Assembly: GCA_051251855.1 (NCBI GenBank)
Contig: JBPOGI010000001.1
Location: 576,001-640,000, forward strand
Direction of reading: 5' to 3'
From: Roseibacillus sp.
Lineage (GTDB): Bacteria > Verrucomicrobiota > Verrucomicrobiia > Verrucomicrobiales > Akkermansiaceae
DNA: 64,000 nt
The notes under the pieces were generated by a model, which worked only from the letters and a program-made list of their open reading frames with translations, ran no database searches and had not been told where the DNA came from. Below, piece by piece: positions 1 to 9,470 of the stretch. The position numbers and the translations under genes are program-made. How positions within the stretch are numbered: position 1 is the stretch's first letter; every line of letters starts with the position of its first letter.

Positions 1-379
1 CGTGGCTCAGTTTGTCGAGGATGACGGTGTCGCCCTTTCCTACGACCGCTGGAATGGAGCCCATGGCGGTGCAATAGCCATTGGCAAAGAGACGGGTGTC
101 GTCGGTTTCTTTGAGTTGGGCAAGGTGCTCTTCTAGCTCACGATGATAGGAGAAGGTTCCGCAGACGAGTCGAGAGGCGGTGGCTCCGGTGCCGTGAAGG
201 CGGGTGGCCTCTATCGCTGCTTGGCGGAGGGCTGGGTGTTGGGCGAGGCCGAGGTAGTCGTTGGATGAGAAGTTAAGGAGTTTTTCCCGGGAAGAGGGGG
301 CTTCCGAGTCCCAGACTTTGAGTGAGCGAAGGAGGTCCGCTTGCTGGAGAGCTTCAAGCTCGTGGATTGGAGAACGCAT
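1..379 (-). CDS. bioF: 8-amino-7-oxononanoate synthase, N-terminal part (runs off the window start)
   Basis: Not in the ORF track. Manual translation from ATG at 379 gives MRSPIHELEALQQADLLRSL...LLNFSSNDYLGLA...GTGATASRLVCGT...LFANGYCTAMG...VILDKLSH, which are BioF/AONS motifs. Confidence 0.9.
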   Translation of the reverse strand, partial: MRSPIHELEALQQADLLRSLKVWDSEAPSSREKLLNFSSNDYLGLAQHPALRQAAIEATRLHGTGATASRLVCGTFSYHRELEEHLAQLKETDDTRLFANGYCTAMGSIPAVVGKGDTVILDKLSH

Positions 380-544
380 TTTTGACTGAAAGAACGGGAG
401 AATCTTGGCGGCTAGCCTCGAGCTCTGTCGACTCTTTTGCTGAAGAATAGTCCTCGTTCTCGGTTGAAATCGCGGAAATCGGAAAAAGTCACAAGAAAGT
501 TTTGAGGGCTTGTCATAGAACTTTAAATAGTTTATGACACCAAA

Positions 545-3193
545 ATGCTACGCACTCCAAAATATCTTACATTCCTAATGAGTGGTCTAGCGACCGCCTT
601 TTTGCCTGCGCAGTTCATGATCAACGAGATCGAGGCAGATACTCCGGGTTCAGACACGGGAGAATTCGTTGAAATCTATCGTCTCGATGGTTCAGGCGAC
701 AGCCTGGCTGGACATGTTCTCGTATTCTTTGATGGCAGCGATCCTTCCGACTCAGTTTATCGAACAGTAGACTTGGGATCGTCTACTTTCGACCCAGGAG
801 GCTTCTTTGTGATTGGAGGCAGCGACTTCGGTCCCTTTGACGTCGACCTCATGTTCGGTCCTGGTGAGGACTTTATTAAGAATGGGGCCAATGGGGTGGC
901 TCTCTATTCTGGCTCGACAGCGACAGATTATTTGAGCGGGACCCTGACGATCCCTGTAGCAAACGGGGATTTAGTCGATGTCGTGATTCACCGCGTTGGA
1001 GCTTCTGAGGATGCGAGTCTCGCTGCGACGTTTGGAATCGTGGACCAGCCTGATGAGAATGAGAACTTTGACTCGGCGAATCATTCGATCCAGAGAATAC
1101 CGGATGGAGGCGCCGCCTTTGTTTCAACTGACCCCACTGCGCGCTCAACCAATACTCCACTTCCTCGTATCCAAGTTCTTCCAAGTCCGAATCAGGTCAA
1201 TGAAGATTCAGGGGTAGGGGCATCGACTGTCACCTTGACGCGAGAAGGCGACGTCAGTCAGTCATTGTCTGTCGAAATTCTGGTCTTTCCCTTCGAGCCC
1301 AGTCGCCTCTCCGTTCCTAGTTCCGCTTTTTTTGGCGCTAACGAGTCAACGACGACTTTCACAATCGATACTTTTCAAAATATGAATGTGGATGGAAATG
1401 CCATCTACGAACTCACAGTCTCTGAGGCACTAGGTGGTCCAGGTGGTCCAGGTGGTCCGGGTGGTCCCGGAACGGAAGCCAGTTATCAGAGCGGCACGGC
1501 TAGCCTTGTTCTCAAGGACGATGAGAGTATCTCTCCGACCTTGGTGATAAACGAGATCTTACGAAGTGGCGAGGGAGGTCAAGGGGCAGAGTTTATCGAG
1601 ATCTTTAATGTGGCGAGCATCGTCGACTTATCGAACTATAAGGTGGTGTTTTATGGTGCGGATCCCGATCAGGATTTTGGGGTAGAGCTTTTTTCTGTGA
1701 CGATTCCGAGTGGTTCGCTTGCTGCTGGCGGATTCTATACGATTGGCAACTCGGCTTTGTCTTCTGTCTATGGCGTTAGCCCTGACCTTGAGATTGCTTC
1801 GTTGAACCTGCCAAACGATGATGTCTCGGTTGTTCTTTTCAACTCGGCAGGGAATCCCGAGTTCTCGGTTTTAATGCAGGATGATGAGCGCGACGCGGTG
1901 ACTAATACTGGAGGAGTTCCTCTAGCTGCTGATATTCTGGTGGGTCAGGATGAAGGGGATAATCCGGCAGGATATTTTCTCACCACCAATGGTGGGGCAC
2001 TGGCGCAGATTCTTGAGAGTGTGAATGCCAATGAGGAAGCTGATTCGGCCACTCCAGGGGCCCCCAATGTGGATTCTCCCACGTTGTATCTCACGCGCGA
2101 TTTGGAACTCATTGATGAGGATGACTCGGGGGGCGTCACCTTCACTGTCACTCGTGTTCCCGATACGGTGGGAGATTTGACTGTTTCTATCGGCAATACT
2201 AACAACCTTGAACTGGCTTTACCGGGAACAGTAACGATTCCGAATGGCCAAGCCTCGGCGACTTTTACGGGGATTCCACAGATGGACGGAGTGCGTGATG
2301 GGATTAAATTGGTAGAGATTCAGGTTTCGGCTTCAGGGTATACCTTTGATGCCACTGAAGTGGCGGTGTTAGATTCTGACGTGCCAGATTTGGGGCCGTG
2401 TGATATTGCCTTTGTTGCATCCATTTCTGATGGGCCCAATGAGGTTTTTGCCTTCGTAACTTTGACGGAGATTTTCTCAGGAACGAGGATCACGCTCACC
2501 GATCGGGGTTGGAAGGCGGCAGGAGGGTTCCGAGCAGGAGAAGGTGAGATGAACTGGCTCGCGATTAATGATGTCCCTGTCGGCACGGTGGTGACTTTCA
2601 CGGATAACAGTCCCAATGTAGGAACAGCCAACTCGGGGAGTTTGAATTTGTCGGACAGTGGAGACCAGATTTTTGCCTATCAGGGGAGTGGTTCTTCTCC
2701 GACATTGATTGCTGGAATTCACACGAATGGTGCTTGGGATGCCGATGCCACTGATGCTCATACTTCGGCGCTACCGGCGGCACTGGCGAGTGGAGGAGCT
2801 GTTGCGATTGATCCTGAGCGAAACAATGCCGTCTATACCGGACCGACTTCGGGTACAGTAGCGTCACTCAAGGCGCTCTTGTCTTCGGATAGTAACTTTA
2901 CGTCGGGCAACGATAGTGGCACTGCAGGAGCAATCTTGATTCCAAGCTCTTTTTCGACCAATTCCAGTGTTTTGTATGAGGTTGTGATGGAAGATTTTTC
3001 GCTTTCTCAAGGACAGGTAAACATCTCATTCACTGCGAGTGGTCTCTCGGATATCTATGTTTCTAGTGACCTCGAGAACTGGTCACTGGCCAGTGGAGGA
3101 AAAGATGTCGCGTCGGGATCTTACTCTGACAGTGTGGAGCCTGCAGGAAAGGCTTTCTACTTAGTGCAGGAGGCTGACGCACCAGCTCCTTAA
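545..3193 (+). CDS. Secreted acidic protein with lamin-tail-like domains, Calx-beta/Ig-like spacers and a C-terminal SxDLxxW module
   Basis: Signal peptide; INEIEADTPGSD..EFVEIY and LVINEI..EFIEIFN LTD-type starts; C-terminus YVSSDLENW...KAFYLVQE. Confidence 0.75.
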   Translation: MLRTPKYLTFLMSGLATAFLPAQFMINEIEADTPGSDTGEFVEIYRLDGSGDSLAGHVLVFFDGSDPSDSVYRTVDLGSSTFDPGGFFVIGGSDFGPFDVDLMFGPGEDFIKNGANGVALYSGSTATDYLSGTLTIPVANGDLVDVVIHRVGASEDASLAATFGIVDQPDENENFDSANHSIQRIPDGGAAFVSTDPTARSTNTPLPRIQVLPSPNQVNEDSGVGASTVTLTREGDVSQSLSVEILVFPFEPSRLSVPSSAFFGANESTTTFTIDTFQNMNVDGNAIYELTVSEALGGPGGPGGPGGPGTEASYQSGTASLVLKDDESISPTLVINEILRSGEGGQGAEFIEIFNVASIVDLSNYKVVFYGADPDQDFGVELFSVTIPSGSLAAGGFYTIGNSALSSVYGVSPDLEIASLNLPNDDVSVVLFNSAGNPEFSVLMQDDERDAVTNTGGVPLAADILVGQDEGDNPAGYFLTTNGGALAQILESVNANEEADSATPGAPNVDSPTLYLTRDLELIDEDDSGGVTFTVTRVPDTVGDLTVSIGNTNNLELALPGTVTIPNGQASATFTGIPQMDGVRDGIKLVEIQVSASGYTFDATEVAVLDSDVPDLGPCDIAFVASISDGPNEVFAFVTLTEIFSGTRITLTDRGWKAAGGFRAGEGEMNWLAINDVPVGTVVTFTDNSPNVGTANSGSLNLSDSGDQIFAYQGSGSSPTLIAGIHTNGAWDADATDAHTSALPAALASGGAVAIDPERNNAVYTGPTSGTVASLKALLSSDSNFTSGNDSGTAGAILIPSSFSTNSSVLYEVVMEDFSLSQGQVNISFTASGLSDIYVSSDLENWSLASGGKDVASGSYSDSVEPAGKAFYLVQEADAPAP
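1433..1468 (+). repeat. 4 x 9-bp in-frame tandem repeat (GGTGGTCCN) encoding (GGP)4
   Basis: ggtggtcca ggtggtcca ggtggtccg ggtggtccc. Confidence 0.9.
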
Positions 3194-3260
3194 TCTCTTG
3201 AAAAACAGCTGCGATTGGTTCGCGGCAAGACTTTCTTACAAGGGTCACTAGGTTCTACAG

Positions 3261-3290
3261 CCTTCTCCTTAGGAGAAGGTCTTTTTTATT
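3261..3290 (+). terminator. Intrinsic terminator
   Basis: CCTTCTCC-tta-GGAGAAGG followed by a T-rich tract. Confidence 0.75.
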
Positions 3291-3427
3291 TTGAGGGATT
3301 TAATGTTAATGTTTTACAGAGCTTTTGTGACGAATTCGTTTCGAGGTTTGGTATTATTTTGGTCGCAATAGGCCCGGTTCCTGCTGAAGGTTGTGGTGAT
3401 CGGGTCGATCAATAACCAACCAACCCC

Positions 3428-5968
3428 ATGAAAACAAAATTCTTCTACGGTCTGATGGCCGCCATTGCTGCTCCGTTTGCCTATTCGCAGACGTTTACGA
3501 TTAACGAGATTGATTCTGATACCCCAGGGACAGATGCCCTCGAATTCATCGAACTCTATGATGGTGGAGTGGGTAATAGTTCTCTCAACGGCCTCGTGCT
3601 AGTTTTGGTGAATGGCTCTGATGACCAAACCTATTCAGACAGCTACGACTTAGATGGCTTCACGACGGACGCGAATGGTTACTTCGTGATTGGGTCGGTT
3701 CCTGAGGCTGACACTCCTTTCGCAGGTGCTACGAATCAGTTGCAGAATGGCGCTGATGCGGTGGCTCTCTATATGGGAGACGCGACGGAGTTTCCGAACG
3801 ACACCATACCAACAGTCACCAATCTGGTTGATGTTGTGCGGTATGGTACGGGAGATGGTAACGATACTGGGTTGGAGGGGATTTTCGGGGGAGACCAGCA
3901 GGATGAAAGTGCGAATGGAAACAATGACATTGAGTCGATTCAGCGCAATCCGGATGGGGCGGCAGCTTTCATTACTTCGGCCCCCACTCCGGGTGCTTCG
4001 AACGACCAAGATCCTATTCTTACTTTGACTCTTGATCCTTCTGCAATCAGCGAGGGTGACGGTGCTCAAGCTTCTTTTGGCCTGGTCATTCTCCCGGAAG
4101 CAGTCACCGCAGACCTCGTGCTTACTATTTCCATTGATGATGGAACGGAGGCTTCTGGTCCTACTTCGGTGACAGTTCTTAGCGGAGATGATTTTGCAGA
4201 GTTCGAGCTTGATGCGGTAGACGATACCGATGTCGATGGCCCTCAATCTGTCGAGATTCGAGTCAGCGCGGCGGGCTATCAAGACGGAGTTGCGACTCTC
4301 ACTGTAGCGGATGACGATTTGGTTTTACCGGATATTGTGATTAACGAGATGCAGGTCAAAGCCAGCGGCTTCGACCCTCAGTTTGTGGAGTTGTATAATA
4401 ATCAGGGAACTGCGGTCGATATCGCAGGGTGGTCTGTGAAAGCGTATGGAAGTGATACCGCTGAGGCTGACTATGGAACTGAGGTGGGTTCTTTCACGAT
4501 TCCTTCAGCGAGCGCTGTGATGCTCGCCCCTGGTGAGTTTTACCTCGTCGGAGATGCCGTTTTTGAAAGTCTTTATGGAGTTGTTCCTGACTTACAAGCA
4601 GAGACTGGGTTTAGTGCTTTCGACATCACAATGATTCTTTTCGATGACGCTGGTAGCGCTGTCTACACGGTCTTGAATGCTGATGACGATGCGACAACTC
4701 AGGCAAACAATGCAGGAGGTCCTGCAGTATCGGATGTATCTGTTACAAGTGGTGACGGTTTCAGTGCTGCCGGTTATTATCTCGATCCGGATGGAGGAAC
4801 TTCGGCATCCGTCTTCGGTTTCTTCGACCCTCAACCAGCAGCGGAGGCAACTCCGGGACAAACAAATAGCGTCTTCATTGAGCGTTTGCGGTTGGATTTG
4901 GACACCACCTTTTTTACTGAGGTAGATGGAACGGGTGTTGCAACAGCCACTATCACTCGGGTCAACAATACAAGCGGAGATCTTGTCGTTACTCTCGATA
5001 GTGCGGACACCAGTGAGGTGGTGTTTCAGTCAGCGACTGTCACCATCCTTGATGGTGATGAGACTGCGACTGTATTGCTAGATGCCGTGGACGATTCTGA
5101 CGAAGACGGCCTCCAAGAGGTTCTACTCACCGTCAGCGCTGCAGGTTTCCTTGAAGCGACAAAGTCAGTCTCTGTTGCAGATGACGAGACAACTATGGGA
5201 GCTTCCGATATTCTCTTTACTCAGATTTACGAGGGAAGTGGTAATAACAAGCATTTGGAAATCAGTAACGTCGGGGCGAGCGCGATTACTCTTGATGGTT
5301 GGTCCTTCACGATTTGGGTGAACGCGAGAACGGAAGACTGGAAGACGGCAACGGCATCTAGCGACCCCATTCAAGACCTGTCAGGAATAACGATTCCCGC
5401 TGGAGGAAGTATTGTCTTTTCTAACGCGAATGCGGTGGACCCGAGCGGGATTACATCGACAACGAGTTCTGCTATTAATCATAACGGCGATGACTCATAC
5501 GCTCTTTATAACGGAGCGCTCAACCCTGCAAATCTTGTGGATGTGATCAGCTTTACCGATGTTGGAAACGAGGGGTCGAATACGAGTTTTGTCAGAGCGA
5601 CTCTCGACACGGGCTGGAATACAACTCCAGGTTCTAATATTACCGATTTCCCTTCTGTTTGGACAGAGGTGGACACCGCTACTGTGGATGTCGCAATGAC
5701 TGGCGATACGAATTACCTGGGCTTCTGGGCACTCGGGACCGCAACAGCTTACGAGGTAGAAATCGTCGACTGTTCCGCTTCAGGTGGTCAGTTCGTGATT
5801 AACTTTACGGCTACAGGGAATTCTGACGTTTATGTTTCGACAGACCTTGAAAACTGGGTTGGTGCCACCAACGGAGCGGGAGTCGCTTCGGGAACTTACA
5901 CTGATACAGCCCCTCCAGGAGCGAAGGCGTTCTACTTGATTCAAGAAGCTGGCACTGCCGCGCCTTAG
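3428..5968 (+). CDS. Secreted lamin-tail-domain protein, paralogue of 545..3193
   Basis: INEIDSDTPGTDALEFIELYD; second and third LTD-like units (IVINEMQ..FVELYN; FTQIYEGSGNNKHLEISN..NGDD); the same C-terminal module (VSTDLENW..KAFYLIQE). Confidence 0.75.
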   Translation: MKTKFFYGLMAAIAAPFAYSQTFTINEIDSDTPGTDALEFIELYDGGVGNSSLNGLVLVLVNGSDDQTYSDSYDLDGFTTDANGYFVIGSVPEADTPFAGATNQLQNGADAVALYMGDATEFPNDTIPTVTNLVDVVRYGTGDGNDTGLEGIFGGDQQDESANGNNDIESIQRNPDGAAAFITSAPTPGASNDQDPILTLTLDPSAISEGDGAQASFGLVILPEAVTADLVLTISIDDGTEASGPTSVTVLSGDDFAEFELDAVDDTDVDGPQSVEIRVSAAGYQDGVATLTVADDDLVLPDIVINEMQVKASGFDPQFVELYNNQGTAVDIAGWSVKAYGSDTAEADYGTEVGSFTIPSASAVMLAPGEFYLVGDAVFESLYGVVPDLQAETGFSAFDITMILFDDAGSAVYTVLNADDDATTQANNAGGPAVSDVSVTSGDGFSAAGYYLDPDGGTSASVFGFFDPQPAAEATPGQTNSVFIERLRLDLDTTFFTEVDGTGVATATITRVNNTSGDLVVTLDSADTSEVVFQSATVTILDGDETATVLLDAVDDSDEDGLQEVLLTVSAAGFLEATKSVSVADDETTMGASDILFTQIYEGSGNNKHLEISNVGASAITLDGWSFTIWVNARTEDWKTATASSDPIQDLSGITIPAGGSIVFSNANAVDPSGITSTTSSAINHNGDDSYALYNGALNPANLVDVISFTDVGNEGSNTSFVRATLDTGWNTTPGSNITDFPSVWTEVDTATVDVAMTGDTNYLGFWALGTATAYEVEIVDCSASGGQFVINFTATGNSDVYVSTDLENWVGATNGAGVASGTYTDTAPPGAKAFYLIQEAGTAAP

Positions 5969-5992
5969 GGCGAGGTGCTCCAAGAATTTTTC

Positions 5993-6026
5993 AAAACCCG
6001 AGGCTCTCTTGAGTCTCGGGTTTTTT
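5993..6026. terminator. Bidirectional intrinsic terminator between convergent genes
   Basis: AAAACCCGAGGCTC-tctt-GAGTCTCGGGTTTTTT. Confidence 0.85.
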
Positions 6027-6061
6027 CGTGTGAAGAGTGGGGAGAGTGTTCTTGAGAGGAA

Positions 6062-6457
6062 TTAGCTTTCTCGATTGAGGGTGTCGATCTTGCCGTTCAA
6101 GGTGCAAAAATCGTAGGCCCAACCAATGCCGAACAAGCCTCCGGTGAAGAGCCAGAGAAGGCCGGTACCCCACTTTCTCAAGTAGAAACGATGAATGCCA
6201 AGGTAGCCTAGGAAGGTTTGGAGAATCCAAGAAATGTCGTAGTCGTACTGCCCCTTGGTGAATCGATGGTCGGCCTTGCTATCCATACTAGGAATCAGAA
6301 AGAGGTCGATGATCCAACCCACGAGGAAAAGTCCTCCGGTCAAAAGCCAGATAACGCCGGTGATGGGCCGTCCGTAGTAAAATCTGTGGGCACCAGTGAA
6401 TCCGAAGATCCAAAGGAGGTAACCAATCGTCTTTGAGTGGGTGTCGTTGTTGTTCAT
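6062..6457 (-). CDS. TM2-domain (NINE-family) membrane protein with two TM2 repeats
   Basis: GYLLWIFGFTGAHRFYYG and LGYLGIHRFYL repeats. Start placed at MNNNDTHSK (6457), just after a -10-like box. Confidence 0.85.
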   Translation of the reverse strand: MNNNDTHSKTIGYLLWIFGFTGAHRFYYGRPITGVIWLLTGGLFLVGWIIDLFLIPSMDSKADHRFTKGQYDYDISWILQTFLGYLGIHRFYLRKWGTGLLWLFTGGLFGIGWAYDFCTLNGKIDTLNRES

Positions 6458-6603
6458 AGGGCCAAGATAGGGGAGGCACGAGTTTGTGCCATTGCAGAAG
6501 GCGGTGGATTTTGCACCATAGCCGTCAATTTGTTGAAATGGAGTCATTGGGCGTAAAATCCCTTCGCTAAGCTCCGTTGTATCTCCCAGACTCACTTTCC
6601 CCT

Positions 6604-9312
6604 ATGATTCGAAAACTCTTATTAGGACTGCCCTTGGTTGCGGCTGCGCAAACAGATGTCATCAAGAACACTGATTCCAACGGGATAGGCCCTGGCTTGC
6701 CTCCGCAGAAGGTTGAAACTGATTATTTTCGGCTTCCCGAGCATCTGGAGGTCACGGTTTGGGCGTCGACTCCGCAGCTTTTCAATCCCACCAATATCGA
6801 TATCGATGAGAAGGGGCGGATTTGGGCCTGTGAAGGAGTCCGCTACCGTCGTCATGAAAAGCGCCAACCAGAAGGAGACCGGGTGGTTGTTTTGCAAGAT
6901 ACTGATGGGGACGGGAAAGCGGATTCCTCGCATACTTTTGTGCAAGAAGAAGCACTCGTTGCGCCTCTAGGGATCGGGGTTTTTGGGAACAAGGTATTTG
7001 TATCGCAGCCTCCCGAACTGATTGTTTACACGGATGTGGACGAGGATTTGGTATTTGACCCGAAGGTGGATAAGCGCGAGGTGATTCTGACAGGGTTTAA
7101 CGCAAAAAATCATGACCATTCGCTTCACTCGGTGACGATGGGGCCGGATGGGAAGTTTTACTTCAACGTGGGAAACTGTGGCGCGATTTTTAAGGACGGA
7201 GATGACCGCGAATTTGTGATTGGTGGCCCTTACCGTGGCGGCGGGGGAGAGTGGTTTGTCGAAAACCAAAAACGAGGGGGTGAAAAGTCTGCTGATGGTC
7301 ACGTCTGGATGGCAGGAGCGACGTTCCGGATGAATGAAGACGGCACCGGACTCGAGGTGGTGGGCCATGGTTATCGGAACTCTTATGAGCAAGCGGTGAC
7401 TTCGTTTGGAGACATGTTTCAGAACGACAACGATGATCCGCCTGCTTGTCGGGTTTCCTACATTTTGGAGTATGGATGTGCTGGTTATTTTTCTCGTGAT
7501 GCTCGGCGGACTTACAAATCCGAGAAGAGGCGTAATCAGGAACATTGGCGCAATCATTGGCGTCAGGATGATCCCGGGACTATGGATGCGGGCGATGTTT
7601 ATGGGGGAGGCTCGCCTACAGGGGTGGCCTTCTACGAAAATGGGGCCCTTGGAGATGATTTCGTCGGGACTTTTCTCTCTTGTGAGCCAGGGAAGAACAC
7701 CATTTTTAGCTACCAGCCTCAGCCGAAGGAGGGAACATTCAGTTTGGACCGCCACGACTTCGTGACCACCAATGCGAAGAAAAATTTTCTTGGGAGCGAC
7801 TTTGTTGGTGGCACCCAAGGGAAAGAGCAGAAGGATATGGAAGACTATTTGCTCTTCCGCCCCTCAGACATCGCGGTGGGACCGGATGGCGCTCTCTACA
7901 TTGCGGATTGGTATGATGCTCGAGTTGGGGGACATGCGGACTTGGACGACTCGTGTTCCGGCACGATCTATCGTATTGCTCCGAAAGGATTTCAGCCGAA
8001 GGTGCCGCAGTTCGACGCGGCTACTGTGGAAGGCGCTTTGGAAGCCTTGAGGTCTCCGGCAGTGAACGTGCGTTACTTAGGATTTCAAACTCTGAAGTCA
8101 AAAAGGGATGAGGGGCTCGCCGCTATTTCCAAGTTTATCGAGACAGAGAAGAATCCTTTTGTTTCGGTGCGTGGCGTGTGGCTTCTGCCTCATTTGGGCG
8201 AGGAAGGATTGGCCGCGTGTGAAGCATTGTTAGAGAGTGAAAGCTCTCAGGTTCGCATCGCCGCTTTAAGGGCTTTGCGACGGACTGGGGTGGATATCTT
8301 GCCCTTTGCAAAATCTCTCGCAACTGATTCGGACCCAGGAGTCAGGCGTGATGTGGCGCTTGCGCTTCGGGATATTCCCGCAGCACAAACGAAAGAGGTA
8401 TTTGCGACTTTGGCTGGTTCGGTCAATGTGAACGACAAGAACTCATTGGAGGCGATTGGACTCGGTGCCGCTTTACAGGAAGATGTAATTTGGCTTCACC
8501 TCCGTGAGGTCATGGGGGCTACGAACCCATTGAAGTGGGACGAGCGCTTTACCAAGCTGACTTGGCGGCTTTGGCCTGCGGCTGCTGTCGATGACTTGAA
8601 GGCGAGAGCTTCGGCTTCGAATCTTTCGCAAGAAGAGCGTATTTTTGCGGTGGAGTCGATTGCGTTCATTGATGCCCCTGAGTCCGTGAGTGCGATGTTG
8701 GCCTTAGCTGAAGAAGGTTCTGCGACTCGTCTCGAGGCGATGGACTGGCTTTTTCGAAGGGGAACGGGTGAGTGGCAGAAATATGATGTTATGCCTGAGT
8801 TAAAGAAGCGTGGCATCTACGATCCTGACAAGATTGTGGTTACTGAGGTGAAGGTGCCTGCTCCTCCCAAGAAGCCAAGTTACACTACTCAGGAAGTTCT
8901 CGCTCTCACAGGAGACGCAGAGAAGGGCAAAGCGAAAGCGATGGGCTGCGTGATGTGCCATGAGTTCAACGGGGTGGGAGTCAATTATGGACCTAATCTC
9001 AAAAGCTGGGGCAAAGGGCAACCAATGGATGTCATCGTTCGCGCGCTTGTTGAACCTTCGGCTGATATTGCTCATGGCTTTAAGGGGAGTGCCGTCGTTA
9101 CCAAGGATGGGAAAACGGTTCACGGTCTGGTGATCAATCCCGGAGACCCAGTGGTCATTGTTTCGACAGGAGCGGTAGAGCAGGTCATTCCTCGGAAGCA
9201 AGTGAAGGCGCTGAGGAAGTTCAACCGTTCTTTGATGTTATCATCGGAACAGCTGGGTATGAAGGCGCAGGACGTAGCTGATGTGGCCGCCTTCTTAAAA
9301 GAGTATGAGTAA
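6604..9312 (+). CDS. PVC-type heme-binding (CxxCH) membrane-bound-dehydrogenase-domain protein
   Basis: Beta-propeller dehydrogenase-like N-terminus (NPTNIDIDEKGRIW, DTDGDGKAD, FRPSD..GPDGALYIADWYD), HEAT repeats, C-terminal CVMCH...GPNL cytochrome c domain. Confidence 0.85.
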   Translation: MIRKLLLGLPLVAAAQTDVIKNTDSNGIGPGLPPQKVETDYFRLPEHLEVTVWASTPQLFNPTNIDIDEKGRIWACEGVRYRRHEKRQPEGDRVVVLQDTDGDGKADSSHTFVQEEALVAPLGIGVFGNKVFVSQPPELIVYTDVDEDLVFDPKVDKREVILTGFNAKNHDHSLHSVTMGPDGKFYFNVGNCGAIFKDGDDREFVIGGPYRGGGGEWFVENQKRGGEKSADGHVWMAGATFRMNEDGTGLEVVGHGYRNSYEQAVTSFGDMFQNDNDDPPACRVSYILEYGCAGYFSRDARRTYKSEKRRNQEHWRNHWRQDDPGTMDAGDVYGGGSPTGVAFYENGALGDDFVGTFLSCEPGKNTIFSYQPQPKEGTFSLDRHDFVTTNAKKNFLGSDFVGGTQGKEQKDMEDYLLFRPSDIAVGPDGALYIADWYDARVGGHADLDDSCSGTIYRIAPKGFQPKVPQFDAATVEGALEALRSPAVNVRYLGFQTLKSKRDEGLAAISKFIETEKNPFVSVRGVWLLPHLGEEGLAACEALLESESSQVRIAALRALRRTGVDILPFAKSLATDSDPGVRRDVALALRDIPAAQTKEVFATLAGSVNVNDKNSLEAIGLGAALQEDVIWLHLREVMGATNPLKWDERFTKLTWRLWPAAAVDDLKARASASNLSQEERIFAVESIAFIDAPESVSAMLALAEEGSATRLEAMDWLFRRGTGEWQKYDVMPELKKRGIYDPDKIVVTEVKVPAPPKKPSYTTQEVLALTGDAEKGKAKAMGCVMCHEFNGVGVNYGPNLKSWGKGQPMDVIVRALVEPSADIAHGFKGSAVVTKDGKTVHGLVINPGDPVVIVSTGAVEQVIPRKQVKALRKFNRSLMLSSEQLGMKAQDVADVAAFLKEYE

Positions 9313-9470
9313 GCCAAGTTGCTCGGGCCTGTTGGAGTGTCGTAGCATCAGCTTGCTAGCGCTGATGCTCGCAAAGTGCTCTTGCTTATTGGGTCTCACA
9401 AGGCTAGCGCCTATCGTCATCACTTCTCGCAAATGACTGCCCCCTTCACCAAGTAGATTTTCAACCCACA

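Noticed and set aside
6967..7818. Antisense ORFs over 200 aa (also 12874, 23606, 44727, 45664)
   Set aside because: They lie wholly or mostly opposite confident CDSs and show no recognisable features.
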